Positions 38,241-47,995 of a DNA stretch of 53,698 nt are shown here, in pieces. This stretch comes from Methyloceanibacter sp. (GTDB taxonomy: Bacteria; Pseudomonadota; Alphaproteobacteria; Rhizobiales; Methyloligellaceae): NCBI GenBank assembly GCA_049678565.1, contig JBAUEK010000047.1, forward strand, positions 1 through 53,698. Direction: 5' to 3'. Numbering within the stretch: position 1 is the first letter of the stretch; each line of letters starts with the position of its first letter. The notes under the pieces were generated by a model. It made no database searches. It had not been told where the DNA came from and saw only the letters and a list, made by a program, of their open reading frames with translations. The translations under genes and the position numbers were made by a program.

Positions 38241-38981
38241 CTAACGGTTAATACGGGGCTCGGTCCGCTCGACCTGCCGCGGCTTGGCGGCTTCGGCCGG
38301 TTTGGGCTCGGCAGGCTCGCCGGTGGCCTCGGCCTCGCTCGTGCTGCCTGTTGGCGCTTCTTCCGGCTTGACCTCTGCCTTATTGGCGTCAGCCGGAGCC
38401 TCTCCCGCCGGGGCCGGGGCCACAGCTTCGATGGCCGGACCGCGGTTGGCCAGATGCGACGGCTTGGCCAGAGTCGAGGTGATTTGCGCACCCTCGGTGG
38501 AGAAGCGCGTGATGGCGACCGTGGCCGAGGAGTTGCAGGTCCGGTAGGTGCGGCGGTAACCGCGATAACCGTCATTGAAGCTGTTCACGAGCTTGGCGCG
38601 GCGGACGGCGGTGGACCCCTCATATTTGACGATGTTGGTCATCTGGTCGCGCCAGAGTTGACCTTCCTGCGCGCCGCACAGCTCGCGCAAATAATGCACG
38701 GCGCCCAGAATCTCGGCCAGCCGCAGGAGTTTGGGGTCGTAGGGCCGGTCGTCCGGCGGCGGCGGGGCGGAGCTCTCCTTTGGCACGATCGGCGGCAGGT
38801 CGTCGCTCGGCGCCCGCGGCGCCGCCGGTTTACGCGGCTTTGCCGCCTTGCGCGGCTGCTCCTGGAACCATGGCGACCAGAAATATTGCGCTTCGGCAAT
38901 CGGCGACCAGGCAAGCATCGCCGTGGCGAGCACGCAGAACCCAAATCCGAGCGCGATTGCCCTGGGGGCCGGAGTTTTCAT
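38241..38981 (-). CDS. TIGR02301 family exported protein with Pro/Ala/Glu-rich extensions
   Basis: RLAEILGAVHYLRELC...WRDQM...FNDGYRGY..TY.TC core. Signal peptide. Confidence 0.88.
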   Translation of the reverse strand: MKTPAPRAIALGFGFCVLATAMLAWSPIAEAQYFWSPWFQEQPRKAAKPRKPAAPRAPSDDLPPIVPKESSAPPPPDDRPYDPKLLRLAEILGAVHYLRELCGAQEGQLWRDQMTNIVKYEGSTAVRRAKLVNSFNDGYRGYRRTYRTCNSSATVAITRFSTEGAQITSTLAKPSHLANRGPAIEAVAPAPAGEAPADANKAEVKPEEAPTGSTSEAEATGEPAEPKPAEAAKPRQVERTEPRINR

Positions 38982-39141
38982 GGACCTCTGAGTAACCCGT
39001 CTTGGCGGCGAAAGCTAGGCGGGCCAACGCGCCACCCACCCCGCCGCAACGCCAATCCGGCTGTACAAACGGGGCAGGCTGAGCCATGGGCGGGGAGCCC
39101 GCTATACTCTCCCGACGTCGTCTCGCTTTCCGGCTAAACCC

Positions 39142-39822
39142 ATGTGCTCACGCTATAACCTGACCTCGCCGCCCGAAGCTGTCCGCGCGACCTTCGCCTA
39201 TCGGGACAAGCCGAATTTTCCGCCCCGCTATAATATCGCGCCGACGCAGATCGTCGGGGTGGTGTGCCTGGATGAAGAGGGCGAGCGCCGCTTCAAGCCG
39301 ATGCGCTGGGGCCTGCTGCCCGCCTTCGTCAAGGATGCCAAATCCGCGCCGACCCTGATCAACGCGCGGGCGGAAGGGATCGCGACCAAACCATCTTTCC
39401 GGCAAGCATTCGCCCGGCGTCGCTGTTTGCTGCCGGCTGACGGGTTCTACGAATGGACCGGCGCCAAGCGCGCGAGACGCCCCTTCCTGCTGCGTCCGCG
39501 CCAAGGCGGCCTGATCGCCTTCGCCGGAATTTGGGAGCGCTGGCGTGATCAGGAGGGGGCGGAGAGCGATACGGTCGCCATCATCACCTGCGCCGCCAAT
39601 GCGAGCGTCACCCCGCTGCATGACCGCATGCCGGTAGTGCTCGATCAAAAGCAGCATGCGACTTGGCTCGATTGCGAGGGGACGGCGTTGGATACCGCTC
39701 TGGCCTTGCTGCGGCCGGCCGCCGACGATCTGCTGGAGGCGATCGAGATGGATCCGAAGATCAACGATTCGCGCCGGGACGAGCCGGGCCTGCAGCAGCC
39801 GCTGCAGCCACGCCTGCTTTAG
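39142..39822 (+). CDS. SOS response-associated peptidase (SRAP/YedK/HMCES, abasic-site crosslinking)
   Basis: N-terminal MCSRY (Cys2), YNIAPTQ, INARAE, GFYEW and HDRMP motifs. Confidence 0.95.
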   Translation: MCSRYNLTSPPEAVRATFAYRDKPNFPPRYNIAPTQIVGVVCLDEEGERRFKPMRWGLLPAFVKDAKSAPTLINARAEGIATKPSFRQAFARRRCLLPADGFYEWTGAKRARRPFLLRPRQGGLIAFAGIWERWRDQEGAESDTVAIITCAANASVTPLHDRMPVVLDQKQHATWLDCEGTALDTALALLRPAADDLLEAIEMDPKINDSRRDEPGLQQPLQPRLL

Positions 39823-41258
39823 AGCAGCTTGCCGGGGTTGAGGATGCCGTTCGGATCGAAGGCCCGCTTGATCCTCCGCATCAGGTCGAGCTCAAGCGGC
39901 TGCTTGGCGTGGGGAAGCAGATCGCGCTTGAGCCGGCCGATGCCATGCTCGGCGCTGATCGAACCGTCGAGATCGAGCACGATCTCATGCACCGCGGCGT
40001 TCAGCGCCTCCCAATTGGAGAGGAACACCACACGGTCCATGGCAACCGGCTGGCTCACATTATAGTGGATGTTGCCGTCGCCGAGATGACCGAACGGCAC
40101 CGGCCGCGCGCCGGGGATCATCAGCTCGATGAGCTGATCGGCGCGCGCGATGAATTCAGGCACCTTCGCCACCGGTACGGAGACATCGTGCTTGATGCTA
40201 CCGCCTTCCTGGCGCTGCACCTCGCTCATCAGCTCCCGCATGCGCCACAGCTCGGAACTTTGCGCCAGCGAGGAGGCAAGCACGGCATCGCCCACCTCCT
40301 TTGCCTCGATCCCCGCGGCAAGCAGGGTCTCGGCCAGACGGACGATCTCACCATTGTCGCGCGGGCTCGACAGCTCGAACAGCACATACCAGGCATGAGG
40401 CGAGGAGAGCGGATCTCGGGTCTCGCTTGCGTGCCTGAACACGAAGTCGAGACCGATGCGCGGCAGGAGCTCGAATGCGGTCAGCGCCGGCCCGGCCTGC
40501 TCATGCACCCGCGTGAAGAAGGCCAGGGCGGCCTCGGGGCTGCTAAGCCCGGCGAAGGCGGTTGCCGCCTCCTTGGGCTTGGGCAACAGGCGTAGCACGG
40601 CGGCGGTGATGATGCCGAGGGTGCCTTCCGAGCCGATGAACAGGTCCTTCAAATCGTAGCCGCTATTGTCCTTGCGCAAGCCTTTGAGCCCGTTCCAGAC
40701 GCTACCGTCGGCCACCACCACTTCGAGCCCGAGCGCGAGGTCACGCGCGCTGCCATAGGCGAGCACCGACATGCCGCCGGCATTGGTGGCGAGCACGCCG
40801 CCGATCTGGCAACTGCCCTCTGACGCAAGGCTCAAGGGGAACAGCCTGCCTGCGCTCGACGCTACGCTTTGCGCATTGGCAAGCACGACCCCGGCCTCGA
40901 CCGTCATGGTGTCGCCGCACAGATCGACGTCGCGGATATGGGCGAGGCGCTCCAAGGCGACGACCACTTCATGGCCGCTCTCGAACGGGATCTGTCCGCC
41001 GACGAGCCCGGTATTGCCGCCTTGGGGCACGATGGCGGTGCGCGTCGCATTGGCGAGCTTGAGGATGGCCGAGACCTCCGCCGTCGACCCGGGCCTGAGC
41101 ACGAGCGCGGCTTTGCCGACATAGCGATCCCGCCACTCGACCAGATAGGGGGCCATGGCCTTGGCGTCGCTGATGGCATGGCTTTCGCCGACGATGCGGA
41201 TGAGTGATTCAAGCGTCGCCAGGCTCGGGCGCTGAAATGGCTCGCGCGTCTCGGTCAT
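39819..41258 (-). CDS. FAD-binding oxidoreductase (D-2-hydroxyacid dehydrogenase-like)
   Basis: PQGGNTGLVGG, ATNAGG, GSEGTLG, GHLGDGNIH, SAEHGIG and LNPGK motifs. Confidence 0.93.
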   Translation of the reverse strand: MTETREPFQRPSLATLESLIRIVGESHAISDAKAMAPYLVEWRDRYVGKAALVLRPGSTAEVSAILKLANATRTAIVPQGGNTGLVGGQIPFESGHEVVVALERLAHIRDVDLCGDTMTVEAGVVLANAQSVASSAGRLFPLSLASEGSCQIGGVLATNAGGMSVLAYGSARDLALGLEVVVADGSVWNGLKGLRKDNSGYDLKDLFIGSEGTLGIITAAVLRLLPKPKEAATAFAGLSSPEAALAFFTRVHEQAGPALTAFELLPRIGLDFVFRHASETRDPLSSPHAWYVLFELSSPRDNGEIVRLAETLLAAGIEAKEVGDAVLASSLAQSSELWRMRELMSEVQRQEGGSIKHDVSVPVAKVPEFIARADQLIELMIPGARPVPFGHLGDGNIHYNVSQPVAMDRVVFLSNWEALNAAVHEIVLDLDGSISAEHGIGRLKRDLLPHAKQPLELDLMRRIKRAFDPNGILNPGKLL

Positions 41259-42256
41259 GGGTGGGTGCCGGAGGCGACGGTCTCGCGCGGGGTATCGCCA
41301 GCCTCGGTGCGGGCGGCAGCAGCGCGGCGCAGGCGGTCGTTGATGGCTTCGCCCAGGCCTTGGTTCGGGATCGGCATCACCGCGATGGCCAAGGCTCCCA
41401 GCGCATCGAGCTGGCGCAGCATGGCGAAGAAATTCGCCGCGGCCTGGTTGAGATCGCCGCGCGGGCTGAGATTGCGCGAAGGTCCGGCGCAAGCCGGCGC
41501 GTCAGGCCCGAACGCGAGCAGAGCCTCGCCTTGGCGCGGCGCGCTCGCCTCGAGACGCAGCGGCGTGTCCGGCGCGTAATGGATAGCGAGTTGTCCCGGC
41601 GACATCGCTTGGCTGCCCGTCTCGGGCGTGGCCAGGCCGCGCCGCAAGACCGTCTCGATCTCCGCTCGCGGCAGTGCTCCAAGCCGGAGCAGCGTGACCG
41701 TGTCGCCATCGATGCCGAGCACGGTCGATTCAAGGCCGAGGGTGCAAGGTCCGCCGTCGAGGATCATGGCCGGGAGATCACCCAGCTCGGCCTCGACATG
41801 GGCGGCGGTGGTCGGGCTCACGCGGCCGGAGCGGTTGGCGCTCGGCGCGGCGATGGGGAGCTTCGCCGCTTCAAGCAGGGCGCGCGCGCTTCTGTTGCTC
41901 GGCGCGCGCAGCGCCACGCTATCGAGCCCGGCGCTGACCAGATCGGCGATAGCGCAATCCTCGCGCCGCTTGAGCACGAGCGACAAAGGCCCGGGCCAGA
42001 AGGCCGCCATAAGTTTTCGCGCCGTGCCGTTGACGGTGGCGTAGGTTTCGGCCTGCTCTTCACCGAGAACATGCACGATCAGCGGATTGAACCGGGGACG
42101 ATCCTTGGCGGCAAAGATCTTGGCCACCGCAGCGGCATCGAGCGCATTGGCGCCGAGGCCGTACACCGTTTCGGTCGGAAAGGCGACGATCTCGCCCCGC
42201 GCCAGCGCTTGCGCGGCTTGGGCGATGGTCTCAGGCGTGGCGGCGACGATCGGCAT
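41255..42256 (-). CDS. tsaC: L-threonylcarbamoyladenylate synthase (Sua5-type)
   Basis: FPTETVYGLGA, K.RP..NPLIVH, APSAN.SG and the C-terminal SUA5 domain (AINDRL.RAA). Start at 42256 or 42280. Confidence 0.93.
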   Translation of the reverse strand: MPIVAATPETIAQAAQALARGEIVAFPTETVYGLGANALDAAAVAKIFAAKDRPRFNPLIVHVLGEEQAETYATVNGTARKLMAAFWPGPLSLVLKRREDCAIADLVSAGLDSVALRAPSNRSARALLEAAKLPIAAPSANRSGRVSPTTAAHVEAELGDLPAMILDGGPCTLGLESTVLGIDGDTVTLLRLGALPRAEIETVLRRGLATPETGSQAMSPGQLAIHYAPDTPLRLEASAPRQGEALLAFGPDAPACAGPSRNLSPRGDLNQAAANFFAMLRQLDALGALAIAVMPIPNQGLGEAINDRLRRAAAARTEAGDTPRETVASGTHP

Positions 42257-42355
42257 GGTGCATATCAAGGGCTTGCTCAACGTGCATTTTCATCCCATTT
42301 CGCGTGTTAGCATTGACGGGTCAAGCGACCATCCCCGCCATTAGAGCATCTTGCC

Positions 42356-43288
42356 ATGCCCACGCTCCATCTCACCCATCCGGACTGCCTCCTGCACGAC
42401 ATGGGCGCGGGCCATCCCGAGCGGCCCGACCGGCTGCGCGCCGTCGCCGATGCCCTTTCCGGCGACGACTTCAAGACGCTCAAGCGCGAGCAGGCCCCGC
42501 TCGCCGAAATCGCCACAATCGAGCGGCTGCACCCGGAGAGCTATGTCGAGGCGATCCGCGCCGCCACGCCGAAGCGCGATCTCGTCTGGCTCGATCCGGA
42601 CACGGCGATGTCGCCCAAGAGCTTCGACGCCGCACTCAGAGCCACGGGTGCCGCGGTCCGTGCGGTCGATGAGGTCATGTCGGGCGCGGTGGCCAATGCC
42701 TTCTGTGCCGTGCGGCCCCCCGGCCACCATGCCGAGCCGTCGAAAGCCATGGGCTTCTGCCTGTTCAACACGGTGGCAATCGCCGCACTCCACGCCCGCG
42801 CCGCGCATGGGGCGGAGCGCGTGGCCGTGGTCGATTTCGATGTGCATCACGGCAATGGCACGCAAGCGGCGTTCTGGTCGGACAAGGATCTATTCTACGG
42901 CTCGACTCATCAGATGCCGCTGTTCCCGGGGACGGGAGCTTTGGGCGAGACGGGGGTCGGCAATATTTTCAATGCGCCGCTCAGCCCGGGCGACGGCGGC
43001 GAGACGTTCAAGCATGCCTATCTCACCCGCGTCCTGCCGGCCCTGCACGATTTCGCGCCGGATCTGCTGCTGATCTCCGCCGGGTTCGATGCCCATCGCG
43101 ACGACCCGCTCGCGCAAATCCAGCTGGTCGAGGCCGATTTCACCTGGGTGACGGAGAAGCTGCTCGAGGTGGCGGACAAACACGCTGGCGGCAGGGTCGT
43201 GTCGACCCTGGAGGGCGGCTACGACCTCAGGGCACTTGGGCGCTCAACCGCCGCCCATGTGCGGGCCTTGATGCAGGCTTCCTCTTGA
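42356..43288 (+). CDS. Histone deacetylase family (AcuC/AphA-like) Zn deacylase
   Basis: HPERP.RL, RPPGHH, GFC, DFDVHHGNGT, SAGFD and LEGGY motifs. Confidence 0.95.
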   Translation: MPTLHLTHPDCLLHDMGAGHPERPDRLRAVADALSGDDFKTLKREQAPLAEIATIERLHPESYVEAIRAATPKRDLVWLDPDTAMSPKSFDAALRATGAAVRAVDEVMSGAVANAFCAVRPPGHHAEPSKAMGFCLFNTVAIAALHARAAHGAERVAVVDFDVHHGNGTQAAFWSDKDLFYGSTHQMPLFPGTGALGETGVGNIFNAPLSPGDGGETFKHAYLTRVLPALHDFAPDLLLISAGFDAHRDDPLAQIQLVEADFTWVTEKLLEVADKHAGGRVVSTLEGGYDLRALGRSTAAHVRALMQASS

Positions 43289-43321
43289 ACCCCGCCGCCC
43301 TGAGGGGCTAAGCCTTGCGCC

Positions 43322-43579
43322 ATGGCCGACGCAGCAGAACACACCGACATCAAGGATATGAGCTTCGAGCAGGCGCTGAAGGAGCTCGAAGCCATCGTCA
43401 ACCGCTTGGAGAAGGGCGACGTGGAGCTCGAGGCCTCGATCCTGATCTATGAGCGGGGTGAGGCGTTGAAGACCCATTGCGATGCGCTGTTGCGCAAGGC
43501 CGAGGCCAAGGTGGAGAAGATTTCCTTGTCCGCGGACGGCCAGCCCACGGGCACCGAGCCCCTCGACGTCGAGGACTAG
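43322..43579 (+). CDS. xseB: Exodeoxyribonuclease VII small subunit
   Basis: [15 protein letters not shown]...LE.SI..YERG..L...C pattern. Confidence 0.96.
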   Translation: MADAAEHTDIKDMSFEQALKELEAIVNRLEKGDVELEASILIYERGEALKTHCDALLRKAEAKVEKISLSADGQPTGTEPLDVED

Positions 43580-43745
43580 CTTCACCCGAGCGGCGTGAGC
43601 GTCAGCCCTCCCGATGATGGTCAAGTCCCGGGCCAGGGTTCCATGACACATTCCGGGCCAGCTGCTAGGCTAGTTGAAAGCCGGGGGCGAGGCCGATAAA
43701 GCTCCTGTGATAACAAGCGAATTCCTTAAGTTTCGCGGGGAATGA

Positions 43746-45680
43746 ATGAGTGCCGAAAGCCTGACGCCGCTGCTTGACCGGGTGTGCAATCCCCAGGATT
43801 TGCGCGAGCTCGACGATCATGAGCTGCCACAACTGGCGGATGAGCTTCGCCAGGAGACCATCGATGCGGTTTCGGTGACCGGCGGCCATCTCGGCGCCGG
43901 CCTCGGCGTGGTCGAGCTCACCATCGCCCTGCACAAGGTGTTCGACACGCCCAACGACAGGCTGATCTGGGATGTGGGCCACCAGACCTATCCGCACAAA
44001 ATCCTGACCGGCAGGCGCGACCGCATCCGCTCCTTGCGCCAGCCTGGAGGCCTGTCCGGCTTCTGCAAGCGGTCCGAGAGCGAATATGACACATTCGGCG
44101 CCGGCCATTCCTCGACCTCCATTTCAGCCGGGCTCGGCATGGCGGTGGCGCGCGACCTCGCCGGCAAGAGCCATAATGTGGTCTGCGTCATCGGCGACGG
44201 CGCCATGAGCGCGGGCATGGCCTATGAGGCCATGAACAATGCCGGTGCCGTGGATTCGCGCCTGATCGTGGTCCTCAACGACAACGACATGTCGATCGCG
44301 CCTCCGGTCGGGGCCATGAGCGCCTATCTCGCCCGCCTCATCTCCGGCGGGACCTACCGGCAGCTCCGCAACTGGGCCAAGCAACTCGCCCAGATTCTGC
44401 CCAAGAGCTGGGAGCGGCGGGCGGCGCGAGCCGAGGAATATACGCGCGGCTTCTGGACCGGTGGCACGCTGTTCGAGGAGATGGGCTTCTATTATGTCGG
44501 CCCCATCGACGGGCATAATTTCGATCATCTGCTGCCGGTGTTGCGCAATGTGCGCGACACCGAGAACGGCCCGATCCTGATCCATGTGGTGACGCAGAAG
44601 GGCAAGGGCTACGAGCCCGCCGAAACCTCGGCCGACAAGTTTCACGGTGTCAGCCGCTTCAATGTCGTCACCGGGGCGCAGGAACCTTCAAGCGCCGGCG
44701 CGCCGAGCTACACCAAAATCTTCGCCAATGCCCTGATCGAGGAGGCGCGCGCCGACGACAAGATCGTGGCCATCACCGCGGCAATGCCGTCAGGCACCGG
44801 GCTCGACCGCTTCGCCGAAGCCTTTCCCGATCGCAGTTTCGACGTCGGCATCGCCGAGCAGCACGCCGTCACCTTCGCCGCCGGCCTCGCGGTGGAAGGC
44901 TTCAAGCCCTTTGCCGCGATCTATTCGACCTTCCTCCAGCGCGCCTACGACCAGGTCGTGCACGACATCGCCATTCAGCATCTGCCAGTCCGCTTCGCCA
45001 TCGACCGGGCTGGGCTTGTCGGCGCCGACGGCCCAACCCATGCCGGCGCTTTCGACGTGGCCTTCCTGTCCTGCCTGCCAGACTTCGTGGTGATGGCCGC
45101 GAGCGACGAGGCCGAGCTGATGCATATGGTGGCGACCGCCGCCGCCATCGACGACCGCCCCTCGGCCTTCCGCTATCCGCGTGGCGAGGGCACCGGGGTT
45201 GCCCTGCCGCAGCGCGGGCAGGTGCTGCCGCTCGGCAAGGGGCGCGTTCTGCGCGAGGGCTCGGCCGTGGCGCTGCTCTCCTTCGGCGCGCGGCTAAGCG
45301 AGGTCTTGCAGGCGAGCGACCAGCTCGCGGGCTATGGTCTATCCGCCACGGTCGCGGATGCGCGCTTCGCCAAGCCGCTCGATATTGAGCTGGTGCGCCA
45401 GCTCGCCACTCACCACGAGGTGCTGGTCACCATCGAAGAAGGGTCGAGCGGCGGGTTCGGGGCGCAAGTGCTGCATCATCTCGCGCGCGAGGGGTTGCTC
45501 GATCGCGGCCTCAAGGTGAGAACCTTGACCTTGCCGGACTGCTTCATCGAGCAGGACAAGCCCCAGACCATGTACGAAAAGGCCGGGCTCAACGCCTCGG
45601 GCATCGTCGGCGCGGTGTTCGCCGCGCTGGGCAAGGACCTGCGGAAGGACGCGAGCGGCGAAACGGCCCGCCTCGCCTAA
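43746..45680 (+). CDS. dxs: 1-deoxy-D-xylulose-5-phosphate synthase
   Basis: [29 protein letters not shown] motif, GIAEQHAV and DRAG motifs. Confidence 0.98.
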   Translation: MSAESLTPLLDRVCNPQDLRELDDHELPQLADELRQETIDAVSVTGGHLGAGLGVVELTIALHKVFDTPNDRLIWDVGHQTYPHKILTGRRDRIRSLRQPGGLSGFCKRSESEYDTFGAGHSSTSISAGLGMAVARDLAGKSHNVVCVIGDGAMSAGMAYEAMNNAGAVDSRLIVVLNDNDMSIAPPVGAMSAYLARLISGGTYRQLRNWAKQLAQILPKSWERRAARAEEYTRGFWTGGTLFEEMGFYYVGPIDGHNFDHLLPVLRNVRDTENGPILIHVVTQKGKGYEPAETSADKFHGVSRFNVVTGAQEPSSAGAPSYTKIFANALIEEARADDKIVAITAAMPSGTGLDRFAEAFPDRSFDVGIAEQHAVTFAAGLAVEGFKPFAAIYSTFLQRAYDQVVHDIAIQHLPVRFAIDRAGLVGADGPTHAGAFDVAFLSCLPDFVVMAASDEAELMHMVATAAAIDDRPSAFRYPRGEGTGVALPQRGQVLPLGKGRVLREGSAVALLSFGARLSEVLQASDQLAGYGLSATVADARFAKPLDIELVRQLATHHEVLVTIEEGSSGGFGAQVLHHLAREGLLDRGLKVRTLTLPDCFIEQDKPQTMYEKAGLNASGIVGAVFAALGKDLRKDASGETARLA

Positions 45681-45686
45681 AGCGAA

Positions 45687-46196
45687 CTACTCGACCTCGC
45701 AGTTGTGGCTGAATTTCGAGACCGCCTCTTCCCGGCCCTGGTCGGACATGGTGACGGTCGTCTCGCCCATCTTGATGGTCACCGGTCCGGGATCGCGAAG
45801 AACCTCCAGCACGGACTTGATGTCGATGTCGGTCGCCTCGCCGAAGGTCTTGCCGGTCGCTTCGTTCCGCGTCACCTCGCCCTCGACCGGGGACTGGGCC
45901 TTGGCCGAGGAAATCTCGATGAGGATGGGTTGGCCTGGTTTGACGCCGTCGATTTCCTTATGCACGTCGAGGACGACAATGCTCATGCCATTGAAGCAGG
46001 TCACCATGAACAGCGGACCGTTGGACAGGCTGATCGACCGGTAAGCGAGGGAGGTCGAGGTGCCGCTGGATTTTTCGGCCCAGATCATCGCCTCTTCGCT
46101 CCACGCCATGTTCGCCAGGGGCAAGGCCAAGGCGAGCAAGCCGGCGGCGGCCAACAGGCGCTTAAAGGGGGCCAATATCGCAATACGCATAGACAT
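45687..46196 (-). CDS. Secreted hypothetical protein
   Basis: Signal peptide, beta-rich mature part with two Cys, coding-like codon usage. Start approximate. Confidence 0.78.
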   Translation of the reverse strand: MSMRIAILAPFKRLLAAAGLLALALPLANMAWSEEAMIWAEKSSGTSTSLAYRSISLSNGPLFMVTCFNGMSIVVLDVHKEIDGVKPGQPILIEISSAKAQSPVEGEVTRNEATGKTFGEATDIDIKSVLEVLRDPGPVTIKMGETTVTMSDQGREEAVSKFSHNCEVE

Positions 46197-46325
46197 GGGC
46201 AGGGCTACCTCGAGCAAGATCGTCTCAGACCCGCATATAGGGCCTCATCCACGGTTTGCTAGCCGATGCCCTTGGCCTTGGCAAATGCGGCACCATCCGG
46301 CATCGCCCGAGGGCCAAGTCCTTGA

Positions 46326-46455
46326 TTAGGCGCCCGTGCGCGCGCTTGGCGGGAGATTCATCGCCGCCAGCGCATTGATCGCCGCATCGAGCGAACTCGC
46401 CGGGGCCGAGCCCTTGGATCTCGCTCGGCGCGATGTATGTCGTAACGAGCATCAT
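46326..46455 (-). pseudogene. Internally deleted SET-domain gene remnant
   Basis: Begins MMLVTTYIAPSEIQGLG, the typical start of small alphaproteobacterial SET proteins (S.I.G.G motif I). It then lacks NHS..PN and GEE...Y. A shifted frame gives PASSLDAAINALAAMNLPPSARTGA ending at TAA 46326. Confidence 0.6.
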
Positions 46456-46523
46456 CACTGCTCTCTCTGCATAGTTACGGTCAACATGGTTGGATTGTTC
46501 ATAGGAAGATCAACGGCGAAAAA

Positions 46524-47111
46524 TCATGCAAGGTTGCCGCTCGCTCCCTGCACGATCGCAAGTGCTGCACGCTTGCGACGGCGGAGGCGTGGGGTCTCGC
46601 CGCGCTGAAGCGCGGCGATGCGGCGCAACAGATAGGGCGAGAAATGTCCGCCATAGCGGCCCCACAGAGAGGGGTCCCGCCAGTCGCTTCCGCTGACGCG
46701 GCCGCGGCAGCGCGGAGAACCGCAGGCGCAATCGAACTCGTCGTAAGGCGAGCCATCGCACATCGCATAGTCGATGGTCACCTCCTCGCCGGGCCGAATG
46801 ACCCGCATCGCGACGATGGCGATCTGCCCGTCGAGACCGGCATTAGGATCGCAGGCGTGGTTGATGTAGTCCGGCGGCTCGGCGGCGGCGAACGACGCGA
46901 GGTAAAGCCCCTCCTCGACCTGCACCGTGTGGCGACGAATGTCAGGGGACAGACCGTCAAGTTCGTCGGCGGAGACGATGCGCCCGCTCCATACGGCGAC
47001 GAGCTCGCGCGCCTCGATCAGCTCCCGAGCAAATACGGCTTTACCGCCGTTTACGTCGCTATTTCGGACTTCACATTTATCGGTGAGGTAAGCCGTTGTT
47101 CCTTGGCTCAC
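46524..47111 (-). CDS. SET-domain protein-lysine methyltransferase with post-SET Zn motif
   Basis: GKAVFA, YINHACDPN, GEEVTIDY and CACGSPRCRG motifs. GGAGG RBS before GTG. Confidence 0.92.
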   Translation of the reverse strand: MSQGTTAYLTDKCEVRNSDVNGGKAVFARELIEARELVAVWSGRIVSADELDGLSPDIRRHTVQVEEGLYLASFAAAEPPDYINHACDPNAGLDGQIAIVAMRVIRPGEEVTIDYAMCDGSPYDEFDCACGSPRCRGRVSGSDWRDPSLWGRYGGHFSPYLLRRIAALQRGETPRLRRRKRAALAIVQGASGNLA

Positions 47112-47235
47112 GAGACCTCCGCGATTGCGCGCCGAGCGGTGCGCTTCGCAGTATAGTTGGCGGTGCCGTCCGCTCCCGGTTGGTCATCCGCACGCGAGAA
47201 TCCCCCACGCGGGCCCGAGTGTATGTAAAGCTCAT

Positions 47236-47979
47236 ATGGCCATCTACAAAAAAAAGCGGCTCGACCAATTATTAGTCGAGCGGGGTCTGGCCTCCACGCG
47301 CTCACGCGCGGCCGACCTTGTCCGCCTCGGCTCGGTCAGGGTCGATGGCGATATTGCGGCAAAACCGGGCATGTTGCTTGCCGCGGATACGAGCCTCGAG
47401 GTCGACCCCGGCGCGTCCCCCTTCGTCTCCCGCGGCGGGCTCAAGCTTGCCGCCGCCCTCGATGGTTTCGGCCTCGACCCTCGGGGCAGGACCGCACTCG
47501 ATATCGGGGCCTCGACCGGGGGCTTCACCGACGTTCTGCTCGCCCGTGGGGCTGCCCGCGTTTTCGCCGTCGATGTCGGCCGCGATCAGCTGCACCCCAA
47601 GCTTCGCCAGGACCGCCGCGTGGTGGTGCTGGAGGGAACCGACGCAAGGCGCCTCGACCGGGGGATCATCGCCGAGCCCATCGAGGCGATCGTCGCCGAT
47701 GTCAGTTTCATCAGCCTCACCAAACTGCTCGGGCCGGCGCTCCGCCTGGCCGCGCCCGGCGCCTGGCTCGTGGCTCTGGTCAAGCCGCAATTCGAGGCTG
47801 GCCGCGAGGCGGTGGGCAAAGGCGGCATCGTCCGCGACGAGGCTGCGCGGGAGCGAGCCGTGGCGGAGGTGCGGGCGTTCATCGACGCGGCTCCGGGCTG
47901 GCGGGTGTTGGCGGAAATGCCCTCGCCCATCACCGGCGCCGACGGCAACGAGGAAATTCTGATCGGCGCCGTCCGATAG
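47236..47979 (+). CDS. tlyA: TlyA family rRNA 2'-O-methyltransferase
   Basis: S4 domain (RLDQLLV.RGL), VSRGGLKL, DIGASTGGFTD, DVSFISL, LVKPQFE and G.DGN.E motifs. Confidence 0.95.
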   Translation: MAIYKKKRLDQLLVERGLASTRSRAADLVRLGSVRVDGDIAAKPGMLLAADTSLEVDPGASPFVSRGGLKLAAALDGFGLDPRGRTALDIGASTGGFTDVLLARGAARVFAVDVGRDQLHPKLRQDRRVVVLEGTDARRLDRGIIAEPIEAIVADVSFISLTKLLGPALRLAAPGAWLVALVKPQFEAGREAVGKGGIVRDEAARERAVAEVRAFIDAAPGWRVLAEMPSPITGADGNEEILIGAVR

Positions 47980-47995
47980 GGCGCAACCGGCGGGA

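Noticed and set aside
43580..43745. No ispA between xseB and dxs
   Set aside because: xseB-dxs without ispA is common in Rhizobiales, and no remnant is visible in the gap.
42356..47111. HDAC plus SET as a dedicated chromatin-like writer/eraser module
   Set aside because: The HDAC-family gene next to xseB-dxs is, as I recall, a common rhizobial arrangement. It is separated from the SET genes by xseB and dxs and lies on the opposite strand, so proximity alone is not evidence.
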